A DNA stretch of 18,951 nucleotides from a candidate division WOR-3 bacterium (lineage in GTDB: Bacteria > Hydrothermota > Tepidihabitantia > Tepidihabitantales > JAOUPE01), in contig JBDRUX010000046.1 in assembly GCA_039801565.1 (NCBI GenBank), positions 1-18,951 on the forward strand, read 5' to 3'. Positions 8,145 through 17,170 of this stretch are shown here, piece after piece (positions within the stretch are counted from its first letter, which is position 1; every line of letters begins with the position of its first letter). Below the pieces are notes generated by a model. That model was not told the origin of the DNA and searched no databases. It saw only the letters and a list, made by a program, of their open reading frames with translations. The translations under genes were made by a program, and so were the position numbers.

Positions 8145-9428
8145 TTGAGACAAAAGGATAAAATCCTTATTTGCGGCGGTACACTTTTAGACCCACTAAA
8201 AAAACGCTGCGAAAAAACTGACATTTACATTGAACAAGGTGCCATCAAAAAAATTGGTAAAAATCTTAAAGCCGGTGACGCTCTATCAATTGATGCCCAG
8301 GGGAAATACATTACCCCTGGTTTCATTGACTTACATACCCATTTACGGGAACCGGGTCGAGAAGATGAAGAGACTATCGCTACCGGTGCCTACGCCGCCT
8401 TGGCTGGTGGTTTTACAAAAATTTGCTGTATGCCTAATACCACACCGGCGATTGATAATGAAGGCACCGTGAAGTTTATTTTACAAGAATCAGCTAGGGT
8501 TGATTACGCCACAGTCTTACCAATTGGTGCGGCAACTAAAGGGCGCAAAGGTGAAGAGATAGCGGAAATCGGCACACTGGTTCAAGCTGGTGTTGTTGCT
8601 ATATCCGATGATGGTGACCCAATTACTAACTCCGGCGTAATGCGCCGAGTCTTAGAGTATAGCAAAGTTTTCGATATACCGGTAATCTCACATTGCGAAG
8701 TAAAAAACTTAAGTAGCGATGGTGTAATCAATGAAGGAGTTGTTGCCACAAAACTCGGTCTGCGCGGCATCCCGGATATTGCCGAAGCGGCAATGGTTTT
8801 TGAACATATCCTTTTGGCAAATTATACGAAAAGCCGGCTTCATATTGCTCATATCTCAACTAAAAAATCGGTAGAGATTATCCAGTGGGCAAAGGAAAAA
8901 GGGATTGAAGTGAGTTGTGAAACCTGTCCGCAATACTTCACTTTAAATGAAAATGCTTGTGTCGGTTTTGATACCAATTTTAAGGTCAATCCGCCATTAC
9001 GAACCGAAACCGATGTCGAAGCAATCAAAGTTGGATTGGCTACAGGGATTATTGATGCTATTGCCACCGACCATGCCCCGCATCTCGCTTCGGAAAAAGA
9101 AGTCGAATTTGATTTGGCACCATTTGGTATGATTGGTTTAGAGACGGCTTTTTCTTTAGGCTTAGAAGAATTGGTCCTGAAAAGATATTTAAGTTTAGAA
9201 GATTATATTGCGAAATTAACTATTGAACCCGCCAAAATCTTAAAGTTAAAACCACCAACCATAGCAGTTGGCGAGAAGGCGGACCTTGTCATATTTGATA
9301 GCAAAGCGAAATGGGTTTATAAAAAAGAATTGATTAAATCGAAATCTCAAAACTCACCTTTCATTGACAAAGAGCTGACCGGGAAAATTTTTTGGGTCAT
9401 TAAAGGCAGTCGGATCTTTGAATTTTAA
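8145..9428 (+). CDS. pyrC: Dihydroorotase (type I, metal ligands intact)
   Basis: DLHTHLREPG, MPNT, SDDG, SHCE, AHIST, KVNPPLR, TDHAPH. Start TTG 8145 has GGAGG at 8135-8139 (alternative TTG 8106). Confidence 0.95.
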   Translation: MRQKDKILICGGTLLDPLKKRCEKTDIYIEQGAIKKIGKNLKAGDALSIDAQGKYITPGFIDLHTHLREPGREDEETIATGAYAALAGGFTKICCMPNTTPAIDNEGTVKFILQESARVDYATVLPIGAATKGRKGEEIAEIGTLVQAGVVAISDDGDPITNSGVMRRVLEYSKVFDIPVISHCEVKNLSSDGVINEGVVATKLGLRGIPDIAEAAMVFEHILLANYTKSRLHIAHISTKKSVEIIQWAKEKGIEVSCETCPQYFTLNENACVGFDTNFKVNPPLRTETDVEAIKVGLATGIIDAIATDHAPHLASEKEVEFDLAPFGMIGLETAFSLGLEELVLKRYLSLEDYIAKLTIEPAKILKLKPPTIAVGEKADLVIFDSKAKWVYKKELIKSKSQNSPFIDKELTGKIFWVIKGSRIFEF

Positions 9429-9429
9429 T

Positions 9430-10158
9430 TTAACGACCTTGTGCCAACCGCTGCGCTAAATAAGTTGGCAGGCCGGCTTTTAAAATCTTTTGCTGGGCGG
9501 TAGCGATGTCGTAATCCAAGCGCCGAAAAAGAAACTTATTGGTTCGGTTATCAAATATCGCAACACAAGCCCTGGGGTCACCATCGCGGGGTTGACCAAC
9601 ACTACCAACATTGATTAAATAGCGGTTATTAGGTTCAATCGTAAACTCACTTTCTTGCAAAGTGTGAAATGAACCATCTGGGGTTTTGACAACGGCAAAT
9701 GGATAATGGGTATGACCAATCAAACAAATTCGCGTCGGAAAGAAATTAAACTCATAAATTGCTTCTTTCATAGTAAAGATGTATTCCCAACTGGCTGGTG
9801 AAGAAGGCGAACTATGAACCAAAAGACAAGGCTCGAACCGTTCGGTAAGCGCCAAGGCGTCGATATACAATTTTGCCGTTTCGGTTAATTGGGCTTGAGT
9901 CCATAATAACGCTTCTGCTGCTTCGGGATTGAAGTCTTCGGTTGGGGTCTTTTTGAGGACACCAAAATCGTGATTTCCTGCCACCGCAGTACAGCGCAAA
10001 TTTTGAATTAACTCAACACACTCATTAGGATTAGCACCATAACCAACTAAATCGCCCAAGCAAAGATATTGAGTCACCTCCATATCGTCAAAAAACTTTA
10101 ATGCGGTCTTTAAGGCTTCCAGATTGCTGTGAACATCAGAAAAGATACCTAATCGCAT
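9430..10158 (-). CDS. Metallophosphoesterase (calcineurin-like family)
   Basis: SDVHSN, LGDLVGYG, GNHD, GHTH, NVGSVGQPRDGDPRA. Confidence 0.92.
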   Translation of the reverse strand: MRLGIFSDVHSNLEALKTALKFFDDMEVTQYLCLGDLVGYGANPNECVELIQNLRCTAVAGNHDFGVLKKTPTEDFNPEAAEALLWTQAQLTETAKLYIDALALTERFEPCLLVHSSPSSPASWEYIFTMKEAIYEFNFFPTRICLIGHTHYPFAVVKTPDGSFHTLQESEFTIEPNNRYLINVGSVGQPRDGDPRACVAIFDNRTNKFLFRRLDYDIATAQQKILKAGLPTYLAQRLAQGR

Positions 10159-10160
10159 TC

Positions 10161-10574
10161 TTATTTCCTTTTTCCTTCGTTCCGATAGATAGCATCGAGG
10201 ACACCGTTGACAAAACGGCCCGATTCTTCATCGCTGTATTTTTTGGCAATCTCCACCGCTTCATTAATACTAACCTTGGGTGGAATATCCGGAAAAAATA
10301 GTAACTCGCAGGTGGCAATCCTTAAAATCGAACGGTCAAGCGTAGCCAATCGTTCCAGGCTCCAACCTTTGAGGTATTTTTGAATACACTCGTCAATTTC
10401 GGAAAGATGGGAAAAAGCGGTCTTCACCAGTCGGGTAAAGTATTCAATAGCCATTGGATTAAGATTTTGTCGTTGAATGGTTTCGGGCACGGTCTTATTG
10501 TAGTCTTCATTAACTAAATCATAGCGATAAAAGACCGAGACTGCCGCCTCCCGTGCCCTTCTGCGATTCGTCAC
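10161..10574 (-). CDS. nusB: Transcription antitermination factor NusB
   Basis: RRRARE, DRSILR, VSINEAVEIAKKYS, FVNGVLD; follows ribH. Confidence 0.96.
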   Translation of the reverse strand: MTNRRRAREAAVSVFYRYDLVNEDYNKTVPETIQRQNLNPMAIEYFTRLVKTAFSHLSEIDECIQKYLKGWSLERLATLDRSILRIATCELLFFPDIPPKVSINEAVEIAKKYSDEESGRFVNGVLDAIYRNEGKRK

Positions 10575-10612
10575 TTGGTTCGTAATTTGTTAACAGTGGT
10601 TCCTGTCACGAA

Positions 10613-11083
10613 TTACGGATTTTTCATAGTCTCGATTAAGTTTGCCATCTCAATTGCAAACAGCGCAGCATTCCAACCTTTATTACCAGCCTTGGTGCCT
10701 GCCCTTTCTACGGCTTGTTCGATGGTATCAGCGGTAATGATGCCAAAAGTTATTGGCACCCCAGTTACGCGACTAATTCGAGCAATATCCTTAGCGACAA
10801 CCGAGGCGATGTACTCAAAATGGGGAGTATCACCACGAATTATTGCACCTAAGGCGACAATCGCATCGAACTTTTTCGATTCAGCTAAGCGTTGGGCAAT
10901 GGTGGGAATTTCGTAACTACCCGGCGTCCAAAAAATCTCCACCGCCTTGGCATTATGGCGTTCCAGACAATCAATCGCACCGTTCAATAGTTCTTTACTC
11001 AGAAATTCGTTAAATCGCGAGACGACTAAGGCAAAAGTTTTCCCAGTCGCATCCAGTTTTCCTTTATACTCTCTCTTTTCCAT
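10613..11083 (-). CDS. ribH: 6,7-dimethyl-8-ribityllumazine synthase
   Basis: [37 protein letters not shown]. Confidence 0.97.
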   Translation of the reverse strand: MEKREYKGKLDATGKTFALVVSRFNEFLSKELLNGAIDCLERHNAKAVEIFWTPGSYEIPTIAQRLAESKKFDAIVALGAIIRGDTPHFEYIASVVAKDIARISRVTGVPITFGIITADTIEQAVERAGTKAGNKGWNAALFAIEMANLIETMKNP

Positions 11084-12338
11084 TTTTTCTCCCTTCTTTG
11101 CCTAAAGCAAATTCTAAAGGACCTAATAGGTGACCCAATCGGTCACGTTTGGTTACCAGGTATTTAATATTCTTTTTGTTTGGTTTAATAACAATTGGCA
11201 CGCGTTCCACGATTTCTAAACCAAATCCTTTTAACCCAACAATCTTCTTGGGATTATTGGTTAAAAGTCGGATGCTACTCAATCCCAGATCACATAGAAT
11301 TTGAGCACCGACCCCGTAGTCACGCAAATCCGGCTCAAATCCTAAGGCTAAGGAGGCTTCGACGGTATCCATTCCCTGGTCTTGTAAGGCATAGGACTTC
11401 AGTTTATTAGTCAAACCAATCCCTCTCCCCTCTTGGCGCATATAAAGCAATACCCCGGTTCCTTCTTTAGCGATTAACTGTAAAGCTTTTTTCAATTGGG
11501 CGCCACAATCACAGCGTAAGGAATGAAAGACATCACCGGTTAAACACTGGGAATGGACTCGGACTAAGACATTTTCTTTATTCCGAACGTCACCTTTTAC
11601 CAAAGCCAAGTGAGCATAACCATCAATGATATCTTCATAGACATATAAGTCGAAATCGCCGAACTCGGTGGGCAAAATCGTCTTGACGACAAGGTTAACC
11701 AATCTTTCCCGGCGTCGGCGATATTCAATCAAGTCACGGATGGTAATTAGTTTCATTTTAAATCTTTTTGCTAACTGTTTCAGTTTTGGCAATCGTGCCA
11801 TCTTACCGGAGTCGTCCATTATTTCACATAGCACACCAGCCGGATAAAGGTTGGCAAGACGTGCCAGATCCACGGCGGCTTCGGTATGGCCAGCGCGTCT
11901 TAACACACCACCATCAGCAGCCCGCAAAGGGAAGATATGCCCAGGCCGAGCTAAGTCTTCAGGTCGAGTTTTCGGGTCGCACAAGACCTTAATAGTTCGG
12001 GCTCGGTCATAAGCCGAACTACCGGTGGTTGTGCCAAATTGCGCATCAACTGAGATTGTGAATGGGGTCTTCAGTTTTGCAGTATTGGTGCCAACCATTG
12101 CCGGTAGTCCTAAGGCATCTAACCTTTCCCCGGTCATTGGCACACAAATTAAACCCCGGCCGTATTTTGCCATAAAATTAATCTTCTTGGGTGTGATAAG
12201 CGATGCAGCACAAATAAAATCGCCTTCATTTTCGCGGTCCTCATCATCAACCACAATCACCATCTTACCCTTTTTAATATCCTTTATTGCTTCCTCAATC
12301 GAAGCAAAAACCCGATGATTTGTCGTCGAATCTTTCAT
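11064..12338 (-). CDS. ribBA: Bifunctional DHBP synthase / GTP cyclohydrolase II
   Basis: [59 protein letters not shown]. Confidence 0.97.
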   Translation of the reverse strand: MKDSTTNHRVFASIEEAIKDIKKGKMVIVVDDEDRENEGDFICAASLITPKKINFMAKYGRGLICVPMTGERLDALGLPAMVGTNTAKLKTPFTISVDAQFGTTTGSSAYDRARTIKVLCDPKTRPEDLARPGHIFPLRAADGGVLRRAGHTEAAVDLARLANLYPAGVLCEIMDDSGKMARLPKLKQLAKRFKMKLITIRDLIEYRRRRERLVNLVVKTILPTEFGDFDLYVYEDIIDGYAHLALVKGDVRNKENVLVRVHSQCLTGDVFHSLRCDCGAQLKKALQLIAKEGTGVLLYMRQEGRGIGLTNKLKSYALQDQGMDTVEASLALGFEPDLRDYGVGAQILCDLGLSSIRLLTNNPKKIVGLKGFGLEIVERVPIVIKPNKKNIKYLVTKRDRLGHLLGPLEFALGKEGRKNGKERV

Positions 12339-12356
12339 TTGGAAACTAAGTTATTT

Positions 12357-12384
12357 AGTTTAATTAAAATATTGGCAAAGTCAA
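12357..12384 (-). promoter_or_regulatory. Sigma70-type promoter of ribBA-ribH-nusB
   Basis: Minus strand TTGACT(12384-12379)-16 bp-TAAACT(12362-12357); ATG 18 nt further on; no SD. Confidence 0.6.
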
Positions 12385-12535
12385 TATCCCAGAGACGATG
12401 AAGATTTTGCAGACTGTTTCTCCACGCAAACAGAGAAAAACACTCCTATAACCTTGAGAAAAGACCAATCCAGAGAACAAAAATTTCAAGTAAATTTTAA
12501 ATGTTTATTATTTTTGCCTTAGGCGTAAGAATAAG

Positions 12536-12935
12536 TTTTGTGCCAGAAAAAGTTGAAATATATTTCAACCTAAAAATGACTGATTTTTTTTGTCTATCAT
12601 CTTGGTTGTCCGTCAGTTATGCCAATTTTTACTTAGGGAGGGGGTATCGTATAGGGGGTGACCCCGTAGGCTACCCCCTAAGCTGCCCCGTAGGTCGCTT
12701 GGGGAGTTGCTTCGGAAGCAGCTTCGGGGGTTGGTTGGTAAGCAGGTTGGGGAGCGACTTCGGAGGCGACCTCGGAAGCGACTTGGCAGGCAACTTGGGG
12801 AGTCAGTTAGGAAGCGACCTGGAGAGTAATCTCCGGTGCGAGTTCGGAAGTTACCCCGTAGGCTAACTTCGTAAGCTACCTCCTCTCCTGCCTTAATATT
12901 TTTCCTAATCACAGATTTTGGGGTTAAGAAAAGTT
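12536..12935 (-). repeat. Composite dispersed element, copy 2
   Basis: Head AACTTTTCTTAAC (12935-12923). 17 in-register 12-mers over 12657-12860 (+ strand e.g. agcgacttcgga, ggcgacctcgga, agttgcttcgga, ggctacccccta) plus one 13-mer. Tail gggagggggtat 12636-12647. Perfect 18-bp palindrome gttgaaatatatttcaac 12552-12569. Confidence 0.88.
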
Positions 12936-13118
12936 CAAACTTGTTCAATCGTTTAATTTGGTGTACTGAGGTATCTTTTCTTTCTGCTCACTCCTTACAC
13001 CTCACTCCTTACTAACATAAATCCCTTTTTCGTCAGGGCAATGTTTCAGACCCACAAAATCCACCAGTAGAATTCAGGCAATCCCGTTCGCAGACCTTTA
13101 TGCCCCAACCTACCAAAT

Positions 13119-13130
13119 TGTCAAAGAGCA
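13119..13130 (-). promoter_or_regulatory. boxA-like Nus-factor (NusB/NusE) binding site
   Basis: Minus strand TGCTCTTTGACA, one mismatch from rRNA boxA TGCTCTTTAACA; lies 34 nt downstream of a TTGACA box (13170-13165). Confidence 0.6.
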
Positions 13131-13284
13131 GTGGATTTAACCCAATTAATCTTAATTTTTGTAATGTCAATAGGTAATTTCAAAACTGATTTTAAAAAAC
13201 GCAATCTTATTGATAAATTTAAATATACTTCATCAACTTCTTCAAGTTCTCAATCTTCTCTGTTAGTCAATCCGCATTGGTTGA

Positions 13285-13334
13285 ATTGAGGCTATGTCCC
13301 AACGCCGCTATCGTCGGCTATAGGTAGCCTCAAT
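13285..13334 (-). other. Stem-loop just 3' of the Wzi-like gene (stabiliser or atypical terminator)
   Basis: attgaggcta (13285-13294) / tagcctcaat (13325-13334) 10-bp stem with an inner gccg/cggc hairpin; no U-tract. Confidence 0.45.
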
Positions 13335-13343
13335 GGTAAATTT

Positions 13344-14978
13344 TTAATACCGATATTGAATCGTTAGACTGGCTTGGAAACCAGAACGAGTCGGTATTGT
13401 ATCAACGCCGCCCGGATTAGTAATTTTATAATATTGTCCATTAGCAACGATTTTTAAATCGGAGAATGGCTGGAAAATCAATTCTGGACCAAAAGCCAAA
13501 GTTTTTTCGACTATTCCGGTTGGGAAGACTTTGCTGACTGGTGTCAGTTCTGGGCTTAAATATGCCTTGTTGGTGAAATCACCACGATTGCGCTCACCCC
13601 TCCGAGTATAAGACAACTGAAAAGAAGGGTAGAGTATTTTTACCGGATAAAAATTGATTCGGCAATAAATCTCATCCGCATCCGGACCTAAAGGATTACC
13701 CAAAGGAACATCGTAGTGAGTATAGGCGATATGATAGATTCGATGATAGTAGGTGTAATAAGTGATTTTGTTGTATTCGGCACAAAAGTCAAACCAAGGG
13801 ATTGGGACAGTGTAAAACCCAAGTTTGAGACAATAGGAGTTGGGAAATGATTCAGCCCGACTCGGTAGCGGTTCCCAATTGTCCAAGAATAATTGACCAT
13901 AAACTTGAGTTCGTAGTAAATAGCCAGCCACATCCCAACCAACTAAGAGGTTGTCATCGTGACCAGAGTTGGCTTCTTCAAAATATAAGGGAATTAAAGG
14001 ATTGATGAGTCCAAAAAATGATTTGGTCTGGCTGGAATCCGGACTGTGAACAACAAACATATTGCCACCCAACCGAATCCGGTTGAATAAGGATAGTTCA
14101 AACCTTTGTCCGGAAAGGAAGCGCATCTTTTCACCCCAACGGGAAAGAGCGGAAGTGAAGCCAAGATATTTGAGATTGCGAAAGTCACCTTTTAATTGAA
14201 TCATATCCAGGGCGGGTGCAGAATCCGATAGCATCACCGATTTTCTTTTGCCCGGTCCAAGACTCAATTTGTCTCGACCCAATTGAATTGTAAACCAAGG
14301 AATTTTGAAAGTCAAATAAGCGTTTTTGATGAGAAAGGTTCCAATATTCATCCAGGAATGGACCGGCAGTCCAGGAACATGAACACCTGCCGAATCCTTC
14401 ACATCCGGTATAGATTCGCGATAAAGGGTAAACTCAAAACGGTCATAGATCGCCAATCGGGAATTAGAACCGGTCGAAAGAAATGTACCGATTGCCACAC
14501 TCTGATTACTACTGTCCACCTGAATTTTCCCAAACCAGTCATTTTGCAATGTCAACTTCTCTTCACCAAATTTATCGGCTATTTCCAGATTCAACACCGG
14601 TTTGCGATGAACTTTTTCCTCGTAACCGAGTCTTGTCAATTCTTCGGCTAATTCGCGTGATAACCGAAAAAGAAAGAACTGGGCTGGTTTTGGAATTTTC
14701 TCTCTATCCAATGCCTCTTTAACAATTAGCGCTACTTCCTTTTTAGTCCAAGGTTTGCTGGTCGCTGGAATAGTTTGAATTAAGCCATAGGTCTTTAGAT
14801 AGTCAATATAGTCATAAATCCAACTTTCGGTCGGAATATTTTCTAAGGGCGAAGAAATTGCCTTGATTGGTACTGATAAAGATAGAACAAAGATTAGCAC
14901 CAATAAGGATTCCCACCGGATTTGAATTTTGAATTTGCCGGCTTGGCGTTTTCGGCGGTTCATTTTATCAAAAAGCAT
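13344..14978 (-). CDS. Capsule assembly Wzi-family outer-membrane beta-barrel protein
   Basis: Signal peptide; WIYDYIDYL..GLI...KPWT helical N-domain; QLGRDKLSLGPG..VMLSDSAPALD; PLGNPLGPDAD; C-terminal aromatic (QYRY). Start uncertain (14978 or 14963). Confidence 0.75.
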   Translation of the reverse strand: MLFDKMNRRKRQAGKFKIQIRWESLLVLIFVLSLSVPIKAISSPLENIPTESWIYDYIDYLKTYGLIQTIPATSKPWTKKEVALIVKEALDREKIPKPAQFFLFRLSRELAEELTRLGYEEKVHRKPVLNLEIADKFGEEKLTLQNDWFGKIQVDSSNQSVAIGTFLSTGSNSRLAIYDRFEFTLYRESIPDVKDSAGVHVPGLPVHSWMNIGTFLIKNAYLTFKIPWFTIQLGRDKLSLGPGKRKSVMLSDSAPALDMIQLKGDFRNLKYLGFTSALSRWGEKMRFLSGQRFELSLFNRIRLGGNMFVVHSPDSSQTKSFFGLINPLIPLYFEEANSGHDDNLLVGWDVAGYLLRTQVYGQLFLDNWEPLPSRAESFPNSYCLKLGFYTVPIPWFDFCAEYNKITYYTYYHRIYHIAYTHYDVPLGNPLGPDADEIYCRINFYPVKILYPSFQLSYTRRGERNRGDFTNKAYLSPELTPVSKVFPTGIVEKTLAFGPELIFQPFSDLKIVANGQYYKITNPGGVDTIPTRSGFQASLTIQYRY

Positions 14979-15062
14979 TTTGAATTTCGAATTTCGCAGA
15001 GTTCGAACAATTGTTCAAGTCGTTCAAGTTTCGAGTTTCAAAATTCGAAGGACGCCATCAAT

Positions 15063-15692
15063 TCACTTAATAATCCCCAGCCAATCCCGTAATAGGAATT
15101 GAAGTCGTCCGATGAGTAATGAAACCCGTGCCATCACCGTATAACCGAAAGACGCGCCAAATCCGATCATTAAGAATATGATACCCAATTCCGCCGCCGG
15201 TTTTTGTAGTCCTTTTCTTTCCCGCGAGAAGAAGAAATAGATAATTGTGCAGATAATCCCAACTAATGAGATGACATACCAGAGTGTCAAATCCCACCGG
15301 CTGAGAATTTGGCTGGTCAAAAGACTACCCTGAATCTGTTTGATGATATTTGCCTGCAGAATCGCTGGTATACCGACTCCTGCCCCATAACCCAAGACAA
15401 AACCCATTGGAATCCGAATCAACCAAGATAGTTTGGGAAAGAAGATTGAGAAATAGAGGATTCCTAAGATAGTCGGAATAATATAGAGCAGATTCCCTTG
15501 TTTGAATAATGGCACAATTAAGTCAGGATAGAGAAAGTTATGCCAAGTAATGGCGATAAAATAGCCCACTGAAACTCCGACATAGATGTGCTCGCCGAAT
15601 TTATAAAAGGGGTTGTCACCAAATAAAAATGAGAACATAAATAAGGTTAATAAAGCACCAATCCAAATCCAAATGTCAGTTGCAATCTGCAT
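15063..15692 (-). CDS. Uncharacterised polytopic membrane protein (~6 TM)
   Basis: Hydrophobic throughout; DNPFYKFGEHIYVG and FLMIGFGASFGYTVMAR motifs; AAGGAG SD. Confidence 0.85.
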   Translation of the reverse strand: MQIATDIWIWIGALLTLFMFSFLFGDNPFYKFGEHIYVGVSVGYFIAITWHNFLYPDLIVPLFKQGNLLYIIPTILGILYFSIFFPKLSWLIRIPMGFVLGYGAGVGIPAILQANIIKQIQGSLLTSQILSRWDLTLWYVISLVGIICTIIYFFFSRERKGLQKPAAELGIIFLMIGFGASFGYTVMARVSLLIGRLQFLLRDWLGIIK

Positions 15693-15693
15693 T

Positions 15694-16536
15694 TTAACTC
15701 CTTTTTCTCGCTAAAAAGTAGCCAATATTTCCTAAGATAATTAGCACAATGATTACCAGATGGGCTAAAGATTGTGAATCCATTGCCTGGGATGCCGGTC
15801 GGAATGCTTTCGAATAGCCATATTTGCTTAAGAGAAATTCGTATTCCGATGCTCCTTTCATCCCATCCAAAAGACCGGTCAATTGACCCGATTGTAAATA
15901 AGGATAGGCATCCGCCGCTGAAACCGCGGTAACCCCGGTGCCAAGTTTCACGCCAAACCGGGTTTGGGCATAAGAAATCCAGGTTAAATAACCAGGGTCA
16001 CCAGCCGAAAGGGATAATAAAAAGGGAATATCTCGATAATTGGTGACACCTTGCATTATCGGAAAGGAATCAATCGGTTTGCCATAGTAGTCGGTTGGAA
16101 AGGTCTCTTTAATCGAACGCCCCATTCCCAGGATTACCGCACTAATTCCTGGTTTCCAGCCTAAAAAGAGATAGTCTTTGCCATATTCTTTATTGTATTC
16201 CTGACTGGTTATCTTTAATGCCTCTTCACCCAAACCAACACCAGTCACCCACAAACCCATCACCATCACCCGAATATTCTTAGCAAAGGCATGTCTTAAG
16301 ACCGAAAGTAACATTGGATAGAGTTCAGGCATTGATTGAGGGTCAAAGTCAACCGAGATTAATAACGGTTTGTCATTGGGTTTAATATTATCAATTGCTT
16401 GGAATAAGTCACGAACGCGGTTCGAAACCCGTCCCACCAGTCCAATTGGTGAAAGCAAAGGCACCACAATCACAATCGTCAAGACAATGAAGATAATTCT
16501 TCGGTCAATCTTTCCTAATATATCAGCCAGCTTCAT
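15694..16536 (-). CDS. Uncharacterised membrane-anchored alpha/beta protein (N- and C-terminal TM)
   Basis: Start moved to ATG 16536 (AGGAGG SD, ATGA overlap with the upstream stop); YPYLQSGQLTGLLDGMKGASEYE motif. Confidence 0.85.
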   Translation of the reverse strand: MKLADILGKIDRRIIFIVLTIVIVVPLLSPIGLVGRVSNRVRDLFQAIDNIKPNDKPLLISVDFDPQSMPELYPMLLSVLRHAFAKNIRVMVMGLWVTGVGLGEEALKITSQEYNKEYGKDYLFLGWKPGISAVILGMGRSIKETFPTDYYGKPIDSFPIMQGVTNYRDIPFLLSLSAGDPGYLTWISYAQTRFGVKLGTGVTAVSAADAYPYLQSGQLTGLLDGMKGASEYEFLLSKYGYSKAFRPASQAMDSQSLAHLVIIVLIILGNIGYFLARKRS

Positions 16537-17165
16537 TTTTGCCTCCTGCCACCCAACCAACCCCGTTCAATACCTAAGATTATTTTCAGTGAAGTAGCAA
16601 TCATCCCTAAGGCAACACCAAAAAGAATTCCTCGTTTTGCTGCCATATTGGGCACATTCAATACCCAATCCGCAAAGTCCGGTAACCGACCCGAGATGGC
16701 ACTACCAATCGGAACCTTACCAATCATCACAATAAAAGCCGCAATTAGAAGTAAAGTTGCTTCTTTGGTCCGAGCCCGAAAGGCACGATATGCCGCTGAT
16801 GCCATATAATAAGCTAAGATTGAGAACATCGTTGCACCTAATGGTACAAGGATATTGTTATAAATTGTGCGTAGTGGTGTCCCAGCTTTTACACCCCAAC
16901 CCAATCCAGCCACCGCAGTAATCACTAATCCCAAGAGCGTAAAGATACTATACACCCAATCTTTTCGTCTTTTTCGAATTTGCTCAATCGAACGGACGGT
17001 AATACTTCGCACCCCTAAGACCAAGGCAAAGGCGGAGATTATTCGTACCCATTTCACTACCAAATCAAAAGTCGTTTCGGATAATTTATGCGGCACAAAG
17101 AATTGAACAATCATTAAGATGCCCATAATTAAACAAAGGGTTAATGGAATTCTTTGTTGCATCAT
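16533..17165 (-). CDS. Uncharacterised polytopic membrane protein (~6 TM)
   Basis: AGGAGG SD (start 17165 or 17162); ATMFSILAYYMASAAYRAFRAR and KIILGIER motifs. Confidence 0.85.
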   Translation of the reverse strand: MMQQRIPLTLCLIMGILMIVQFFVPHKLSETTFDLVVKWVRIISAFALVLGVRSITVRSIEQIRKRRKDWVYSIFTLLGLVITAVAGLGWGVKAGTPLRTIYNNILVPLGATMFSILAYYMASAAYRAFRARTKEATLLLIAAFIVMIGKVPIGSAISGRLPDFADWVLNVPNMAAKRGILFGVALGMIATSLKIILGIERGWLGGRRQK

Positions 17166-17170
17166 TCCTC

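Noticed and set aside
12339..12535. FMN riboswitch
   Set aside because: No FMN aptamer consensus, and the promoter leaves only a ~11-nt leader
12552..12569. Integron attC site
   Set aside because: Order is GTT...AAC rather than RYYYAAC...GTTRRRY, too short, and no cassettes or integrase
12657..12873. CRISPR array
   Set aside because: No identical 23-50 bp repeats alternating with unique spacers; the period is only 12 bp; no cas genes
13023..13038. Hammerhead ribozyme (CUGACGA...GAAA on the minus strand; also 5755-5773)
   Set aside because: No stem II, stem III or cleavage triplet can be assembled
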